64,000 nucleotides of DNA from Octopus sinensis (taxonomy: Eukaryota): NCBI RefSeq assembly GCF_006345805.1, contig NC_042999.1:77438001-77502000 (forward strand), written 5' to 3'. The position numbers were made by a program, and so were the translations under genes. This document shows positions 1 to 13,651 of the stretch, piece after piece (within the stretch, counting starts at the first letter, position 1; every line of letters starts with the position of its first letter). The notes under the pieces are model-generated. The model ran no database searches. It was given only the letters and a program-made list of their open reading frames with translations, and was not told the DNA's origin.

Positions 1-450
1 CCTTTCACTCTGAGCAAGAGGCCCTTTATTACCAGAAGAGGTAAGAGCTCTCTGAAATTTGCCCAGGCTATTTTAATTCTAGCAGCTATGCTCTCAGAAC
101 ATCCACCCCTGCTACTGACTTGGTCACTTATGTAATGGAAACTATCAACTACTTCTAGTTTTTACCCCTGGCATGTAATGGAATCTGTTTTCTGTGCATC
201 TTCAGTGTTTATTGCCCCTGTGCATCTGCCACACACAAAAACTATCTTCCCAGTTAACCTTCCTTTGATATTGCTGCACCTCTTATGTGTCCATAGCTTA
301 CACTGGGTACATCTTATGGAGTTTCTACTTATACCTTTTCTACAGATTGAGCAGAGCCATCTACCTGAAGGGATTTGTGATTTGTCTGCCTTCCTACTTA
401 CTAAGACTTTGGTTTTTGCTAGGTTGACTTTAAGGCCCTTTCGAATGTAG
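1..450 (-). mobile_element. RTE LINE ORF2 fragment
   Basis: Reverse complement encodes the Cys-rich WPCSICRK module and EVVDSFHY; near-identical to 20640-21000. Confidence 0.9.
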
Positions 451-2044
451 TCTCACTAGTGTGCCCACCAGACTGGTAAGTGAACAGGTGACTAGCAGGT
501 TTCCTGAAGTTAGTATTATAGATCATAAGATCATTTATATGTATTAGGAAGGGCATCCAGCTGTGGAAACCATCCCAGAACAAACAATGGAGCCTGGTGT
601 GGCTGGCCTTACCAGTTCTTTTCAAATTATCCAATCTATGCCAACTTGGAAAATGGATGTTAAATGATGATATACATGTGTGTTTGTGTGTAATTTATTT
701 ATATATTTTCTCTTAGTCAAATAGTAATGTATTTGTCTAAATTTTCAAATATGTAATAATGTTGGCAGCTATCATATGAGGTGTTTAGTAACAGAGTGTC
801 ATAAGTGCCACCCCAGCCATTTTCGAGGTTAGTATATCATTTTCTTTGTCTCGATGTCTAGAATCTGAAAAAGTTGAGAGGAAGAACCAGTGAGGCTTGC
901 AATAAGGTTGAAAATCCAGCTGCAAAAAATTGTACCTCAATGCTATTGACACAACTCTCGCTCACTTAAACTTGTACCAGAGAGTTTAGTAACACACCAT
1001 TGTAAGCACACACTCAATCAATAACTTTGGTGTGGTCTCTGTATCATTTTCTAATATTCCTTGTTACCATCGTAATGATAATGGGCTATTATCTTACTAT
1101 CTTATCTTACTTACCTCTTAAAGATACTTAAGCACCCACTACACTCACAGAGTGGTTGGCGTTAGGAAGGGCATCCAGCTGTAGAAACACTGCCAGATCA
1201 GACTGGGCCTGGCACAGCCTACTGGCTCCTCAGACCCCAGTTGAACCGTCCAACCCATGCTAGCATGGAAAACGGACGTTAAACGATGATGAATACCTTG
1301 GGGTGGGGTCTCTGTATGTTTTTCCAAGGTACTATGGCTAAAATGTGCAATGCACTGTTTCATAGTACCAGTATATTCTACAAAATGATAAAGACGCAGT
1401 TGTTGTTTCATCTTCCAGATGTATACATAAATATATAATTTTACATAGGTGAAATGATTAGAGGAGGTCTTCATGGTCATTTTAAGACCAAAACCAGCTT
1501 CCTAACTTCATTCCTCGCTGAGATATCACATTCTGAAAGTTGCAAAACTTTGACTGCATCTTTCTCAGCTTTTAAGTTGTGGTGCTTATGACGGTCTGTT
1601 ACTAAATGCCTCATATGATCTTGAGATTATAAATTAAATATAATGGTTCTATGTTTTTATAGGTAAGTTAGATGATGAGAGTAGAAGTAATAATAATGAA
1701 CTTATTGTATATAGTGCTCAGGAGCATTATCACTCATTAGAAAAAAATAGCTAAAAATGCATGTACACTACATACAATTAATTCACAGAAAGTGAACTGT
1801 TAATGAGTTGTTTTAAAAAGAATAAAAGTTGGGTGTGAGACATTAGGTGTACTGGCAAACTTCGGGAAGCATGGCAGTTTTGAATGATGTAGATAATGCT
1901 TTTTAGAAACAAAATTATATTTTCATTTTTTATGGAATTAATAAGACAACTTTCATATAACTTTTTGAATGGAAAATTTATTTGGAAATGCTCTTATTTA
2001 ATTTTCTTTTTAATTGAAGTGCTATTAAAATTGTTTTTTGCTAG

Positions 2045-2203
2045 GGCAGTGTTGTCTACAACTGGTTTAAACATGGCAAGCTTGAGAGAGCAGGTGATGT
2101 ATCCATCACAGAAGGTATTGGCCAAGGAAGAATAACTGGTAACATGCAAGGAGCTTTAGTTGATGATGCTTTGTTAGTTTCAGATACAGAATCTGTGGAA
2201 ATG
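2045..2203 (+). CDS. Cysteine synthase (fungal-type PLP-dependent sulfhydrylase), internal exon; upstream exons not found in window
   Basis: ctag|GGCAGT...GAAATG|gtaaga, 159 nt, phase 0/0. Translates GSVVYNWFKHGKLERAGDVSITEGIGQGRITGNMQGALVDDALLVSDTESVEM; ITEGIGQGR is typical of cysteine synthases. Confidence 0.9.
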
Positions 2204-3035
2204 GTAAGATTTTGTAACTAATAAACTTTGCAGAACTTCCTTTAGTCATAACTACCATGGATTTCTGCACACCTGGTAAGGTCTTCTCCATGGTGTAGGT
2301 AAGAACAAATTGGGTTTTTTTCTATCAGTTGCCCATGCATGCAAGTCTCTAATGCTACTGATAATGTCTCAGGGAAAGGCAAGGCTTGCTTGGTACCACT
2401 GCCATTGCAAATGTACCTATCAGAGCACAAAGAACAATAAAATGCTGCAAGATGTGTTGTCTAATGCCTTACCACTTCCAACAATCTTATCACCCTGCAT
2501 GGGGACATTTTTATTGACTCTTAAAAGGATGAAAAGTGAAGTTGACCTCAGCAGGACTTGAACTCAGAGCATAGAGAATCAGAATAAATACTGTGAGGTA
2601 TCCTGACACCATAAGAGTTCTGTCAATTTCCCACCTTTAGTCAATTCTCCCACTCAAATGGTAATTATTCCAGTCATGGCCATCACATATTTTATTCAGA
2701 CGTAGTCTAAGAACATATTACCTAATGTGCTCTTTCTTTCTTTTAAGATGCGCAGTGCAGGCATGGCTGTCTGGTTGAGAAATTTGCTTTCCAGCCTTTT
2801 GGTTTCAGGCTCAGTCCCATTAAGTGACACTGATTATAGAAAAAGCATGAAATCTCATTACCATTTTATGGTCATTATTCCATATTGACATGTGCAGAAA
2901 AACAGGGAAACATCTGCAATATAGCTGGAAAACTTGAGGAAAGATTAATGGGAAACTCAACAGGTAGAATTTTATTTTTGATATACCATTTTATCTCTGA
3001 TCTCTTTGTCACTGTTATTTATTTCTCCATTAAAG

Positions 3036-3170
3036 GTCTTTCGACTCTTAGGAGAGGAAGGTTTCTTTGTGGGTGCATCTTCAGGGCTCAATGTCGCTGC
3101 AGCTGTTCGTGTGGCAAAATCTCTAGGACCAGGACATACAGTGGTAACTTGTCTTTGTGATACTGGCCAG
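3036..3170 (+). CDS. Cysteine synthase exon
   Basis: aaag|GTC...CAG|gtatgt, 135 nt. [45 protein letters not shown] contains the EG..VG.SSG.N and VVT.LCD.G motifs. Confidence 0.92.
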
Positions 3171-4757
3171 GTATGTTAATAACTCACTCACTCAGGCATG
3201 CACACACACACACACAGAGTTTTCATTTCACTTAAAAATTTATTAGTGTGAATTTTATTTTAAGGATCTGCTGAACTTGAGGAATTTCTACATGCTCAAA
3301 CTTGATACATCATAATTGATGTTATTTAGCCCCAGGACAGAAGTATGAGATATCAATGCAGTTCCTACGCTCTAGCCATTTCTATGTAAATTTGTAGATT
3401 TAACTTTGATGAGGAATCTACAGAGTGTGGTATTATTTTTGAACTTGATTTTGATGTTGTTGTTTTAGAGTCTCTGAATTTTCTTACATATTCCCTTGCA
3501 GTAAAATAGAGACACAGTGGAATTTAGTTTAACCTCATCTTTTGTGCAGAACCCAACTGTACTGTCTATCTCTCTTACTGCAAAAGATTATCTGAAAATA
3601 TTCAGAGAATTTATAACAAATAATGTCAGAATTATGTCCTAAAGTAACACCATATTTTGCAAATTCATCACCAAAGAATGGCTTCAACATAAGAATTGCA
3701 TTTGTAGATCTTATAAAAAAAGCAGCTGGGTGGGGCTCTAAAGGTCAGAATAGAGGAACATCAGAAAGCCTTAATGAGAAGAGAAACATCTAAATTGGGA
3801 ATGGCTGAAAATATATGATGTGAAGAGAGAAATTGCATATCACTATGGAATGGAATTTGTATAGCTAATAGAAGAGCATGATGTAAACTTGGAAAATTCA
3901 AAGAAAAGTATATATAACATTAGCTTAATATGCGTGCTTTTAATATAAAATGAATTTAAATACCAGAAAAAATACATTAATTTACAAGCATCAGTGGGAT
4001 AGTGATAAGACCATTGTTATTTTAGAAATAAAAGCTCCTAGTTAGAATCCAGTGAAATATTATGTATCCAGAGATAAGACACTTGATGATGACTGGAGGT
4101 CAAACTGAACAAAATGTTGTATAGATGTAAATATTAAATGTTTCATCTTTAAAGATGGAACATTTTTCTTGAAATCTAAAAATGATAAACATATTAACAA
4201 TAACTTAAATGTTTTAATACTTTCAGAAGAATTAGCAACAGAATATTTTTTGTGGCACTAGTAATAGAAAGATAACCATATCCTTGCGATATCTAGAGGG
4301 ACATAGTTTATTCATAAATGAGAATAAACCTTGAAGTATGAAAAACAAAAAAACTTTAGTCTTATCTAGCATGCTTATATCACATCTGTCATGATGTAAT
4401 TTTACCATGTTATTTTTGAAAACATAATACTCAAGCACATATATGAAAGCATCAATCTTGCACCAATCTGCAAATTAACTTTTGCTAAATAATATACTCA
4501 TTTATATGTTAATAAATAACCTTTAGTTACTCTCAGTAATAGTAAAGTAGAAAAACCTAAATTTCACAGAAAATTTAACAGATATGGATATAAGTCCACT
4601 TCATCATTTTTATGTTTGCTTTCCATGCTTTTATGGGTAGGGCAGATCATCACAGTCTGAGATGGTTCTTATTCAGAAATATTTCTCTCTTAGATGGTTG
4701 GAGGATCATGTCTTGCTATGTTCCATGACTTTTATATTGCTTTGTTTCGTGTTTCAG

Positions 4758-4803
4758 AGGTATTACAACAAATTGTTCAGTGAAACAGAATTGAAAAAGA
4801 GAG
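4758..4803 (+). CDS. Cysteine synthase short exon
   Basis: tttcag|AGG...AGAG|gtaaag, 46 nt. RYYNKLFSETELKKR continues the CD.G.RY motif; ends in phase 1. Confidence 0.85.
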
Positions 4804-5440
4804 GTAAAGGATTTCTATTTGCTTAGTGTGTTATTTTATTTACTCTTTCTCTCTGTGAAGTTGTTTTTAGTTATCAATCTACCCATAAGTAGTAGACAGA
4901 TAATATAAGTAGTATAAGTAGTATTTGACAAATATGTTAAAGTTAATTAAACTGATCAAATTTCTAAGATTATGACTTTCATCTCTTAGCATGATATATT
5001 GTTTTATCTGTGTATAAACATAGTCTGGCGGTGAAGCTTATTTGAGTTTGAAATTGAAGTTTGTGTGAAAACAGGAAACAGATTACAAGTATTTTAAGTT
5101 CTCTTAGTTTCTCTTCAGGCACTTTGAGATTATAATGGCCCTTAATCTGCTTTGGAATTTCTTTAACCCTTTAGTATTCAGATTATTCTCTCAAATAAAT
5201 GCTTATTTATTCACATTGTTTTTAATTAATTATCTCGTACTTTCTAGATTTCAATCATATGATTGTTTATTTTTAGAAAGGCATTGTAAGGGAGGTGTGA
5301 TAGGCCAAATCTGGCTTGTTCAAATATAGAACAGGCAGAATATTTGGGTCGCATGTGGTTGGTTTAAATGTTAACCTGAAACAAACTTCACAACAATGTA
5401 TTTACATAGACATTACATATATATATATATATATATATAT

Positions 5441-7310
5441 ATCATCATCATCATCATTGTTTAACTTCCATTTTCCATGCTGGCATAGGTTGGATGGTTT
5501 GACTGGGGACTGGCAAGCCAGTAGGTTGCAATCTGATCTGGCAAGGTTTCTACAACTAGATGTCCTTCCTAATGCCAACAACTCCAAGAGTGTAGAAGGT
5601 GCTTTTTAAGTACCACCGGCACGAGAGCCAGTCAAGTGACGCTGGCATCGACCACGTTCAGCTGGTGCTTTTTACATGCACGGCACAGGAGCCAGTTGGT
5701 GGGGGGCTAGCATCGACTTCGTTTGGATAGTGTTTTTTACATGCCACTGGCACAGGGAGGCAGTCAGGTGGCAATGGCAACGACCCACACCTGAATGGTG
5801 CTTATTATGTGCTACCAGCAGGGGTGCCAGTCGAGCAGCACAACTACAATTTCTATGTTGATTTTACTTGACTCAATAGGTCTTCTCAAGTGCAGTGTGT
5901 CACCTTATGATTCAAGGGTACTTTTAAATGGGCTGGTTATGCAACATTGGTAAAGGTTACGGCTGTGATCTCACTTTACTTGATGGGTCTTCTCAATCAC
6001 AGCATATCTCCAAAGGTCTCAGTCTCTTGTCATTGCATCTGTGAGGCCCAATGTTCAAAGTTTGTGCTTCACCACCTCATCCCATGTCTTCCTGGGTCTC
6101 TCTCTTCCACGGGTTCCATCCACTGTTAGGATGTGACACTTCTTCACACAGCTCTCCTCATCCATACGCAGCATATGACCATACCAATGCAGTTGTCTCT
6201 CTTGTACACAATATCTGATGCTTCTTATGTTCAACATTTCTCTCAGGATGCTTACACTCTGTCATGTGTGCATACTAACATTACACATCCAACGGATCAT
6301 ACTAGCTTCATTTCTTTCAAGTCTACGTATGTCCTCAGCAGTCATGGCTCATGTTTCACTGCTGTGTAGCATGACTGTTTACACACATGCATCATACAGT
6401 AGACCTTTTACTCTGAGCGAGAAGCCCTTTGTTACCAGCAGAGTTAGGAGCTTTCTGAACTTTGCCCAGGTTATTCTTATTCTAGTGGCAATGCTATCAG
6501 AGCATCCAGCCTCACTACAGTCTTGGTCACCTAGGTAGCAGAAGCTATCAACTATTTCTAGTTTTTTCTCCTGGTATGTGATGGAATCTGTTTTCCGAAC
6601 ATCTTCAGTGTTTATTGTCCTTGTGCATCTGCTGCACACAAAAGCTATCATCCTGGTTAACCTTCCTTTGATATTGCTGTGCCTCTTATGTGTCCATAGC
6701 TTACACTGGGTACATCTTATGGAGTTTTACCTACATTAAAAGCAACTGCACCATCATCCATGCGGACACATTTCTCTCCTGTGACATCACAATTTTCTCT
6801 CACACACTGTCTTTCAATTCGAAATACTCCAGTTCTTTTGTCCTCATGTTGCTGAACATTGACAAACTTCTTCTTTTCTGCTTCTCCCTTGGCTATATAT
6901 ACCCATCTCCTAGCCTCCCTTCTGGTTATCTGGTACAGTTCCCTGCTACCCCCACTCTTCCAGGTTTTCCAGGTCCGTTTCTTTGCTCTAATGGCTCTGT
7001 CTACAGTATTATTCCCCCACCATGTTACTCTAGGTCTGGAAGGAACTTTGCACCAGCCGCAGATTTGGTCCATGGTGCTCAGTAAGCTGTCATGCAGGAA
7101 TTTCCGGTTACCTTCTATGTCACAAGTCTGTAGCTCCTCCTCCCTCTCATCAAATTTCTCAATGAGGATTTCCCTAATTCTCTGATCATGTGAAGGATTC
7201 TTAAGCTTCCAAATCCTTCTTTCCTGGATTGGTCTGCTTCTTGGTATAAACACCTTTCTTGGATATTTACCACTTTTGAGGTTCCACTTGCTATGAAACA
7301 TACATAGCCC
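5441..7310 (-). mobile_element. RTE LINE, internally deleted, with 3' UTR and (GAT)n tail
   Basis: EN-RT linker ORF 6717-7301, C-terminal ORFs 6379-6651 and 6055-6237, tail at about 5443-5458. Confidence 0.9.
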
Positions 7311-7322
7311 AGATCTTATCTA

Positions 7323-7367
<45 letters not shown>

Positions 7368-8871
7368 TATATATATATAAACAATATATCTCCTCTAAAG
7401 CAGCTGTTTCTGTCTTCATTATTGATATCTCTCTCTTTCTGGCTGGGTATCCATGTACCTCTTCTACAGTAAGACACCTGTTTATCTCTCTGTCATACTT
7501 TAACTTCTTATTATCTGGCACAAGATCACCTCCTCCAATGCCCCCTCCCCTCTCAAAAGATCTTTATCTTGCAAGTTACTTGGTGACCCTGCCAGTGGTT
7601 GTGCCATGTAAAAGGCATCCAGTCCACATTGTAAAGTGGTTGGCATTTGGAAGGGCATCCAGCTGTAAAAACCATGCTGAAACTGACCTCACATGTGCTG
7701 GTGCCATGTAAAAAACACTTAGTCTATTCTGCAGGGTGGTTGGTGTTAGGAAGGGCATCCAGGCGTAAAAATCATGCCAAAACAGACACAGATGTCTGGT
7801 GCAGTCTTCTGCTTTGCCAGCTCCTGTCAAACCATCCAACCATGCTAGCACATGCTAAATGATGATAATATATAAGATGTTTAGTTAATATTTGTATCAT
7901 GCACGAAAACATGGTCAAGTATTTAATAAGTTTGCTTTACAATCATATCTTTTAGGTATGACACTCTACATGGTGTCTTCAGCAAATTTCTTTTATAACC
8001 TTTGGTTGACCTAAGTCTTATGAAAGAAAATGAATTAATGGAAGCTGAGAGGAAGTCTATTGGATAGATTATATCATGCTTATTTGGCATAAGAATTACG
8101 TTAGGAGTGCATGTGTCTGAGGAATACTTGGTCTTCTATGCAAATTTAATGAATGGTCTAGTTGATCAAACAACTGAAAGCTCATCATCAAAACATACAG
8201 ATAATCTATCAATGCAGCATTTAATTACAACTCTTTACATTCAGATTTCAAATTCCACTAAAATTGACTGTGCCTTTCTAGGTTTCATTAAAATAAGTAC
8301 TGGTACTGTGTTGTGATCAGTTCACTTGATTATAATCTTCCCCTGGCAAATTTGTGTGTAAATTCCATGTAAATTGTGATATGGATGTTGATATGATGAC
8401 AATTGGTTGAATCTCATCTTTTACTCAACTTTCTGTCTCATATACACTGTCTTTCACTTTTTAGAATAAAATTTGAATTAGCTTAACAAGCTTCTGACTA
8501 CAGATCAAGTTGGACTAGTTTGTTTCTTGACATTCTTTCTGGATTGTCATTTTTACTCTTTAAGATTTCTATCCATTGTGAAAACAAACAGAGCTATAGC
8601 TATAGTAATTTTGGTTTATTTGAAAATAGTACTTCAGAGAGATTCTCTGGATTTTGGTTTGTCTGAAATATTCTTCTTTACCTAGTTGTGTCTTGTAATT
8701 TACCGTGTGCTAATTTAATGAGCTTTCATCTACAGAAAGAGGTCAAGACTTTTGCCAAGAAGTAAACTTGTACTGTGGATAGAAAGGTGTTAACTTAATT
8801 GGTTTCATTATTAAATATGCTGTTCTGACAACATCTCTATATTTGACATGTTTATTTCATTATCATTTTAG

Positions 8872-8933
8872 GGTTGTATGAAGCTGTACCAGAGCAATAT
8901 CGTAGTTTCCTTCACACGCCATTGGAAAACTAA
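8872..8933 (+). CDS. Cysteine synthase last coding exon
   Basis: ttttag|GG TTG...AAC TAA, phase 1 match. GLYEAVPEQYRSFLHTPLEN*; AATAAA follows at 9159-9164. Confidence 0.8.
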
Positions 8934-10342
8934 TTCCCAAAGAATGAGCAAATGTAAATTAATTATACAAGAAAATATTGAAGAAATCAAAACAAATTTA
9001 CAAAATGATGTATATTTTCTTTAATTTATAAAGTATAATACAGTAATTATAGAGATAAATGGACTTCAAATTTAGGACAGAAGGCAGCATACATTCGCTG
9101 GATGTAATAATCAGGTATAAACCAAGTTATCTCGACCAGTCCCAGAGTTTTCATTAAAAATAAACAATTTTTCATACAGTGCGCAATACATGTGGCAGAA
9201 ATGTTTAGAATCTAAAGGTTACTCTCATCAATTTGTAGCAATATGAAACTTTTGGTAAGAATTTAAACCACACATATTTAGAGTGAATTGTATCTGAGAT
9301 ATATTTGCTATTATTGGAAATTTTTTCAGATCAGTAGTGGTGACTAAAAATTGCTAATTGTTTTTCTTTCTTCAGAAAAATAAATGATTAAAAAAATTTT
9401 AATTCAGTTATTTTTGTTATAGTGTTTAAAGTGGCTGAGATAACTGCATCCAACTAAAAATTTTACAGTATTAAGTTTCATCCTTTTCAGTTCCAAATTT
9501 AGATCCTGCAAGGATCAACTTTGCTGATCTCGAGTGTATAAACTAAGTACCAGTGACGTGCTAAGATTCCATTCCAACAGCTACACACCTCACCTAAAAA
9601 CAATTGGTTTTATGCTTATGTTTTACATTCAGTGATTAATAACTAATTTTTTTAGAATATACTGACAAGCCTTCCTCTAATGCTTTGTAAATTAATTATA
9701 CAAAGTTCCATAACAAATTCTAGACTGTACATCACAGTTCATTTGTGCTTTAAGGTCATTTCAGCAGTTAATATACAACTAATATTGCAAACAAACTATA
9801 ACCTACCAGCAGGTTAAATCAAAAGACCTTTTTTTTTAATGACAGCAAATACTGATATGCTTGCTACACCTACAGTGTAGACATATGCCTACCTTGTGCT
9901 TTATTAAGATAACTGTTTAATACAATAATCAAATCTGCACCATTTTATACATAGAAACCTACTTACAAATAAACTTTATTAATCAATAATAAAAATCCTT
10001 AATTACTAACTTAATAAATACCATATTTTTATTAACATTCACAAATTTCTGGATTCACTTACACCATATTTCTAACAGTAACATCTAATTCCTTTGGTTT
10101 TTCTTTTTGCATTAAAATAACCTAGCAACTTTGACTAAAACTGTTTTTACTACTAGAATATGTAAAAAAAAAAAAAAAATGCATATGAGGTGTCAACCAT
10201 TGTGTAGTCCTTGTTATAGTGTTTTTGTATATTCTATCAACATGAAGATGGTGTGTTTGTGTGAGTGTATATATAATAGATAGCTTGTATTACATTAGTG
10301 ATGCAGATAATTCAGGCAATAAAGTGGTGAAAGATTAGTAAA

Positions 10343-10709
10343 TTCTCTTTTACTCTTTTACTCTTTTACTTGTTTCAGTCATTTGACTGCGGCCATGCTG
10401 GAGCACCACCTTTTAGTACTTATTCTATCGGTCTCTTTTTGCCGAACCGCTAAGTGACGGGGACCTAAACACACCAGCATCGGTTGTCAAGCAATGCTAG
10501 GGGGACAAACACAGACACACAAACACACACACATATACATATATATACGACAGGCTTCTTTCAGTTTCCGTCTACCAAATCCACTCACAAGGCATTGGTC
10601 GGCCCGGGGCTATAGCAGAAGACACTTGCCCAAGATGCCACGCAGTGGGACTGAACTCGCAACCGTGTGGTTGGTTAGCAAGCTACTTACCACACAGCCA
10701 CTCCTGCTA
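10343..10709 (-). mobile_element. tRNA-headed SINE family A (internal AT/AC microsatellite)
   Basis: A box TGGCTGTGTGG, B-box-like sequence and (AAAAGAGT)n tail; shared with other copies in the window. Confidence 0.85.
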
Positions 10710-12313
10710 TTACATGTACTGCATTATGTTCATGGCCAAGATTCTCAGTGGCACAGCCACATAGTCATAAGCAACAGCAGCACTAAATTAAATCTTTTGT
10801 CAGTTTACTGTGTTAAGGACAAGTCTTTGCTCTAAGTGTTGCTTCTTAATCTAACCACATTATCTACACTGAAATGCCAAAATTTCCAACATACCAATCT
10901 TAAAATCTATTTCTTGCTTTAATTACTGAGAGGAATAATTCATTATTATACAATGATATATTTAGACAAGTATAATAATGTTAGTTGTTAGTCATAACAT
11001 TTTGACTGTTCTGCCCTCCAGCCTTCAGTCCATAAAACAGAGACCATGTCATTCCATTTAGTTTTCATTATTTTGATATGGACAACTAAATAAGAATAAT
11101 CCATCCTTGTAGATTTAATAAAGGGATCAGTTTGAAATTCCACTCCTATATACCCGGAATCTCAGTCCTTGTCATTGAGCATCGCCCACCCTACTTTTTG
11201 TACTGTCACTTATCACTTCCTCCTTTTTGGCCCACTCCTATTTCTTTCACCCTCCTTCAAACTGATATTCAATACTGACCACACACCTCCATGTTTCCTA
11301 AATCCTTATATTCCCCACCACTAACCATCTGTCACTTACCTCACACCCTTGCAAACTTACCTGGTTCTCTGCCCCCATCCCGTAGGTATTCACCCTCTTG
11401 TATCTTCTGGGTATAGCCTGACAGCTCATCACCACCATTTTCTCCTCTTGTAAAACCACCTCCCTCAATTATACACATCTCAACGAAGGGGGTCTTGCGA
11501 GCTACTTGGTGACATAAAAGAGCACCCAATACACTCTGTAAAGTGGTTGGCATTAGGAAGGGCATCCCACAGTAGAAACCATGCTTAAACAGGCATTGGA
11601 GCTTGATACATTTCTCTGACTCATTGGATTCTGTCAAACTGTTCAACCCATACTGACATGGAATATGAATACTAAATATTATGGTACATGAAGATTGGAT
11701 GGGAAAAAAAAATCAAAACAAAGTGACTTACAACAATCAGGATGAGGACACCAGTCTAAATGTATTAGTGTATAATAAGAGTTTATTTCTGTTCAGTGCT
11801 TAACTTTTAAAAAATGCTAAAAGGTGGATTATAATCCTTATATAATAAAATCACATACCATAGCCCAATGTAAACTCATCCAGATCTCTTTCTCACTACA
11901 ATTATAATTCAGAAAATCTTCCAGTTAACATTTTATCTCACTTTTCATTGTATAATTACATACAGCTCCATTTTTTTTTTAAAGCCATATCCAATCCAGA
12001 TTTCTTAAATATAAGCATTTACATATTTAATAGTTTATGATATGGAGTTATTAATTCATCAGTGACTTTTAAATATTTCAAAATTAATCTTTTGGAAAAA
12101 TATTAGGAAATTTCGAATGGAAGGATGTGTTTTACAGTGATAAACATTATGTTTATTGATTCATGGCAGTAAGAGATGACTTTAAAGAAAGACCTTGGAA
12201 TAGTAAGAAAATTGAAAATACTGATATCACCTGCCACAGCAACATGTTCATAGATTATAAGATATGCCCCATTGACGACTCACAGCATTTTAAAATATCT
12301 ACTTCAATATATG

Positions 12314-12502
12314 TCATTCTTTAGGAGGATCTGATGGGTTTTCCTCTGAAATAGTAATATCTGGGATAATGTTTTCATCTCCTCTGAGAATGGCAATTTC
12401 TTCAATAGGAATTTGAATTCGCATCTCTTTCTCCAGCATTAGGTCTACAATATCCTGCAGTTTACTATCTCCAAGCATAGCAATGGCATCTTTGTAAAGG
12501 GC
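12314..12502 (-). CDS. NRDE2: NRDE2 exon 12 (last coding exon)
   Basis: ttgcag|GCC...TGA. ALYKDAI...DIVDLMLEKEMRIQIPIEE matches the conserved NRDE2 C-terminus; AATAAA on - strand at 12152-12157. Confidence 0.92.
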   Translation of the reverse strand, partial: ALYKDAIAMLGDSKLQDIVDLMLEKEMRIQIPIEEIAILRGDENIIPDITISEENPSDPPKE

Positions 12503-13579
12503 CTGCAACAAAAATATTAGGTAAAATTAAAAACTTTTATATTCTCCAATGAAAAAAGATGTGTATGTTAGTGTGCTATAAAATGAAGTCGACAAATATA
12601 TACTTCATAATCTAATTCATGTTCATAGACAACCACTAAAATACTAAAGTCTATTAAATATTTTAACTTATAAAAAATAAAAGATAACTCTTTCTTCAAT
12701 TTGATAGGTAAAATAAGGAGTTTTCATATCATTTATATCCTTTTCAAACATGCAGTAAAACTTGTATGAAGTTCAAGTATTTACTTCTTCTATGGTACTA
12801 ACCACAGCAAAATTTAATTTCTTTTGTTTAAGCATAAGGACGTAATTTTTTACCATGTTGCCATGAGTTGGAACATTAGAGAGGAACTGGTAAACCAGAG
12901 GACTGTATCAAACACCACTGTCTCTGCTTTGGCATAGTTTCTAGGGCTAGGCACCATTCCGAATACCAATCACTTTATAGAGTATGTTGGGTGTTTTGTA
13001 CATGCCACCAGCACATCATCATTTAACATTCGTTTTCCGTGCTAGCACAGGTTGGACGGTTCAACCGGGCAGTGTTTCTACAGCTGTGTTTCTACAGCTG
13101 GATGCCCTTCTTAACGCCAACTACTCTGTGAGTGTAGTGGGTGCTCAACTTCAGTTTGTCATTGACACTTATTTTATGAAGAATGGGAATTTAAAAAAGA
13201 AAAGTTTGAATAGAAGCATAAAAGACTAATGTAAAATATTTGGTATGGTAGTCTGTTATTTTATGCCATCTCCCAACGCTAATAAATTTTGAGGGTATTT
13301 TCTCCATTTTATTTAGATAACAGGTCACTTGGTAAAAGATCAGTATAATTAATGAAATAATGAAAAATAAAGTTAATTCCAACAGACTAATAATTAATAT
13401 TGAATGTGTTTGAGGGCTTTGTGGTTTTTACTTATGTCCTGACTTCAAATGTAATCAATACCAATGAAGTTCTAGCAGTAAATCTAAGGGACTATATCCC
13501 CACCCAAAATGTGGACTTGTACTTATGTTGGAAATCAATACTGAATGCATTTAGTGTAAGTAAGTGGACACAAAGTTAC

Positions 13580-13651
13580 CTTGGCCCAGGGGCAGTGTTG
13601 TAAGGCTCGGTAATAAAGTCCTGTAGCTCTCTCAGCTTCACCATATTTATG
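13580..13651 (-). CDS. NRDE2: NRDE2 exon 11
   Basis: tttcag|CAT...AAG|gtaact, 72 nt. HKYGEAERATGLYYRALQHCPWAK; not in the supplied ORF track. Confidence 0.93.
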
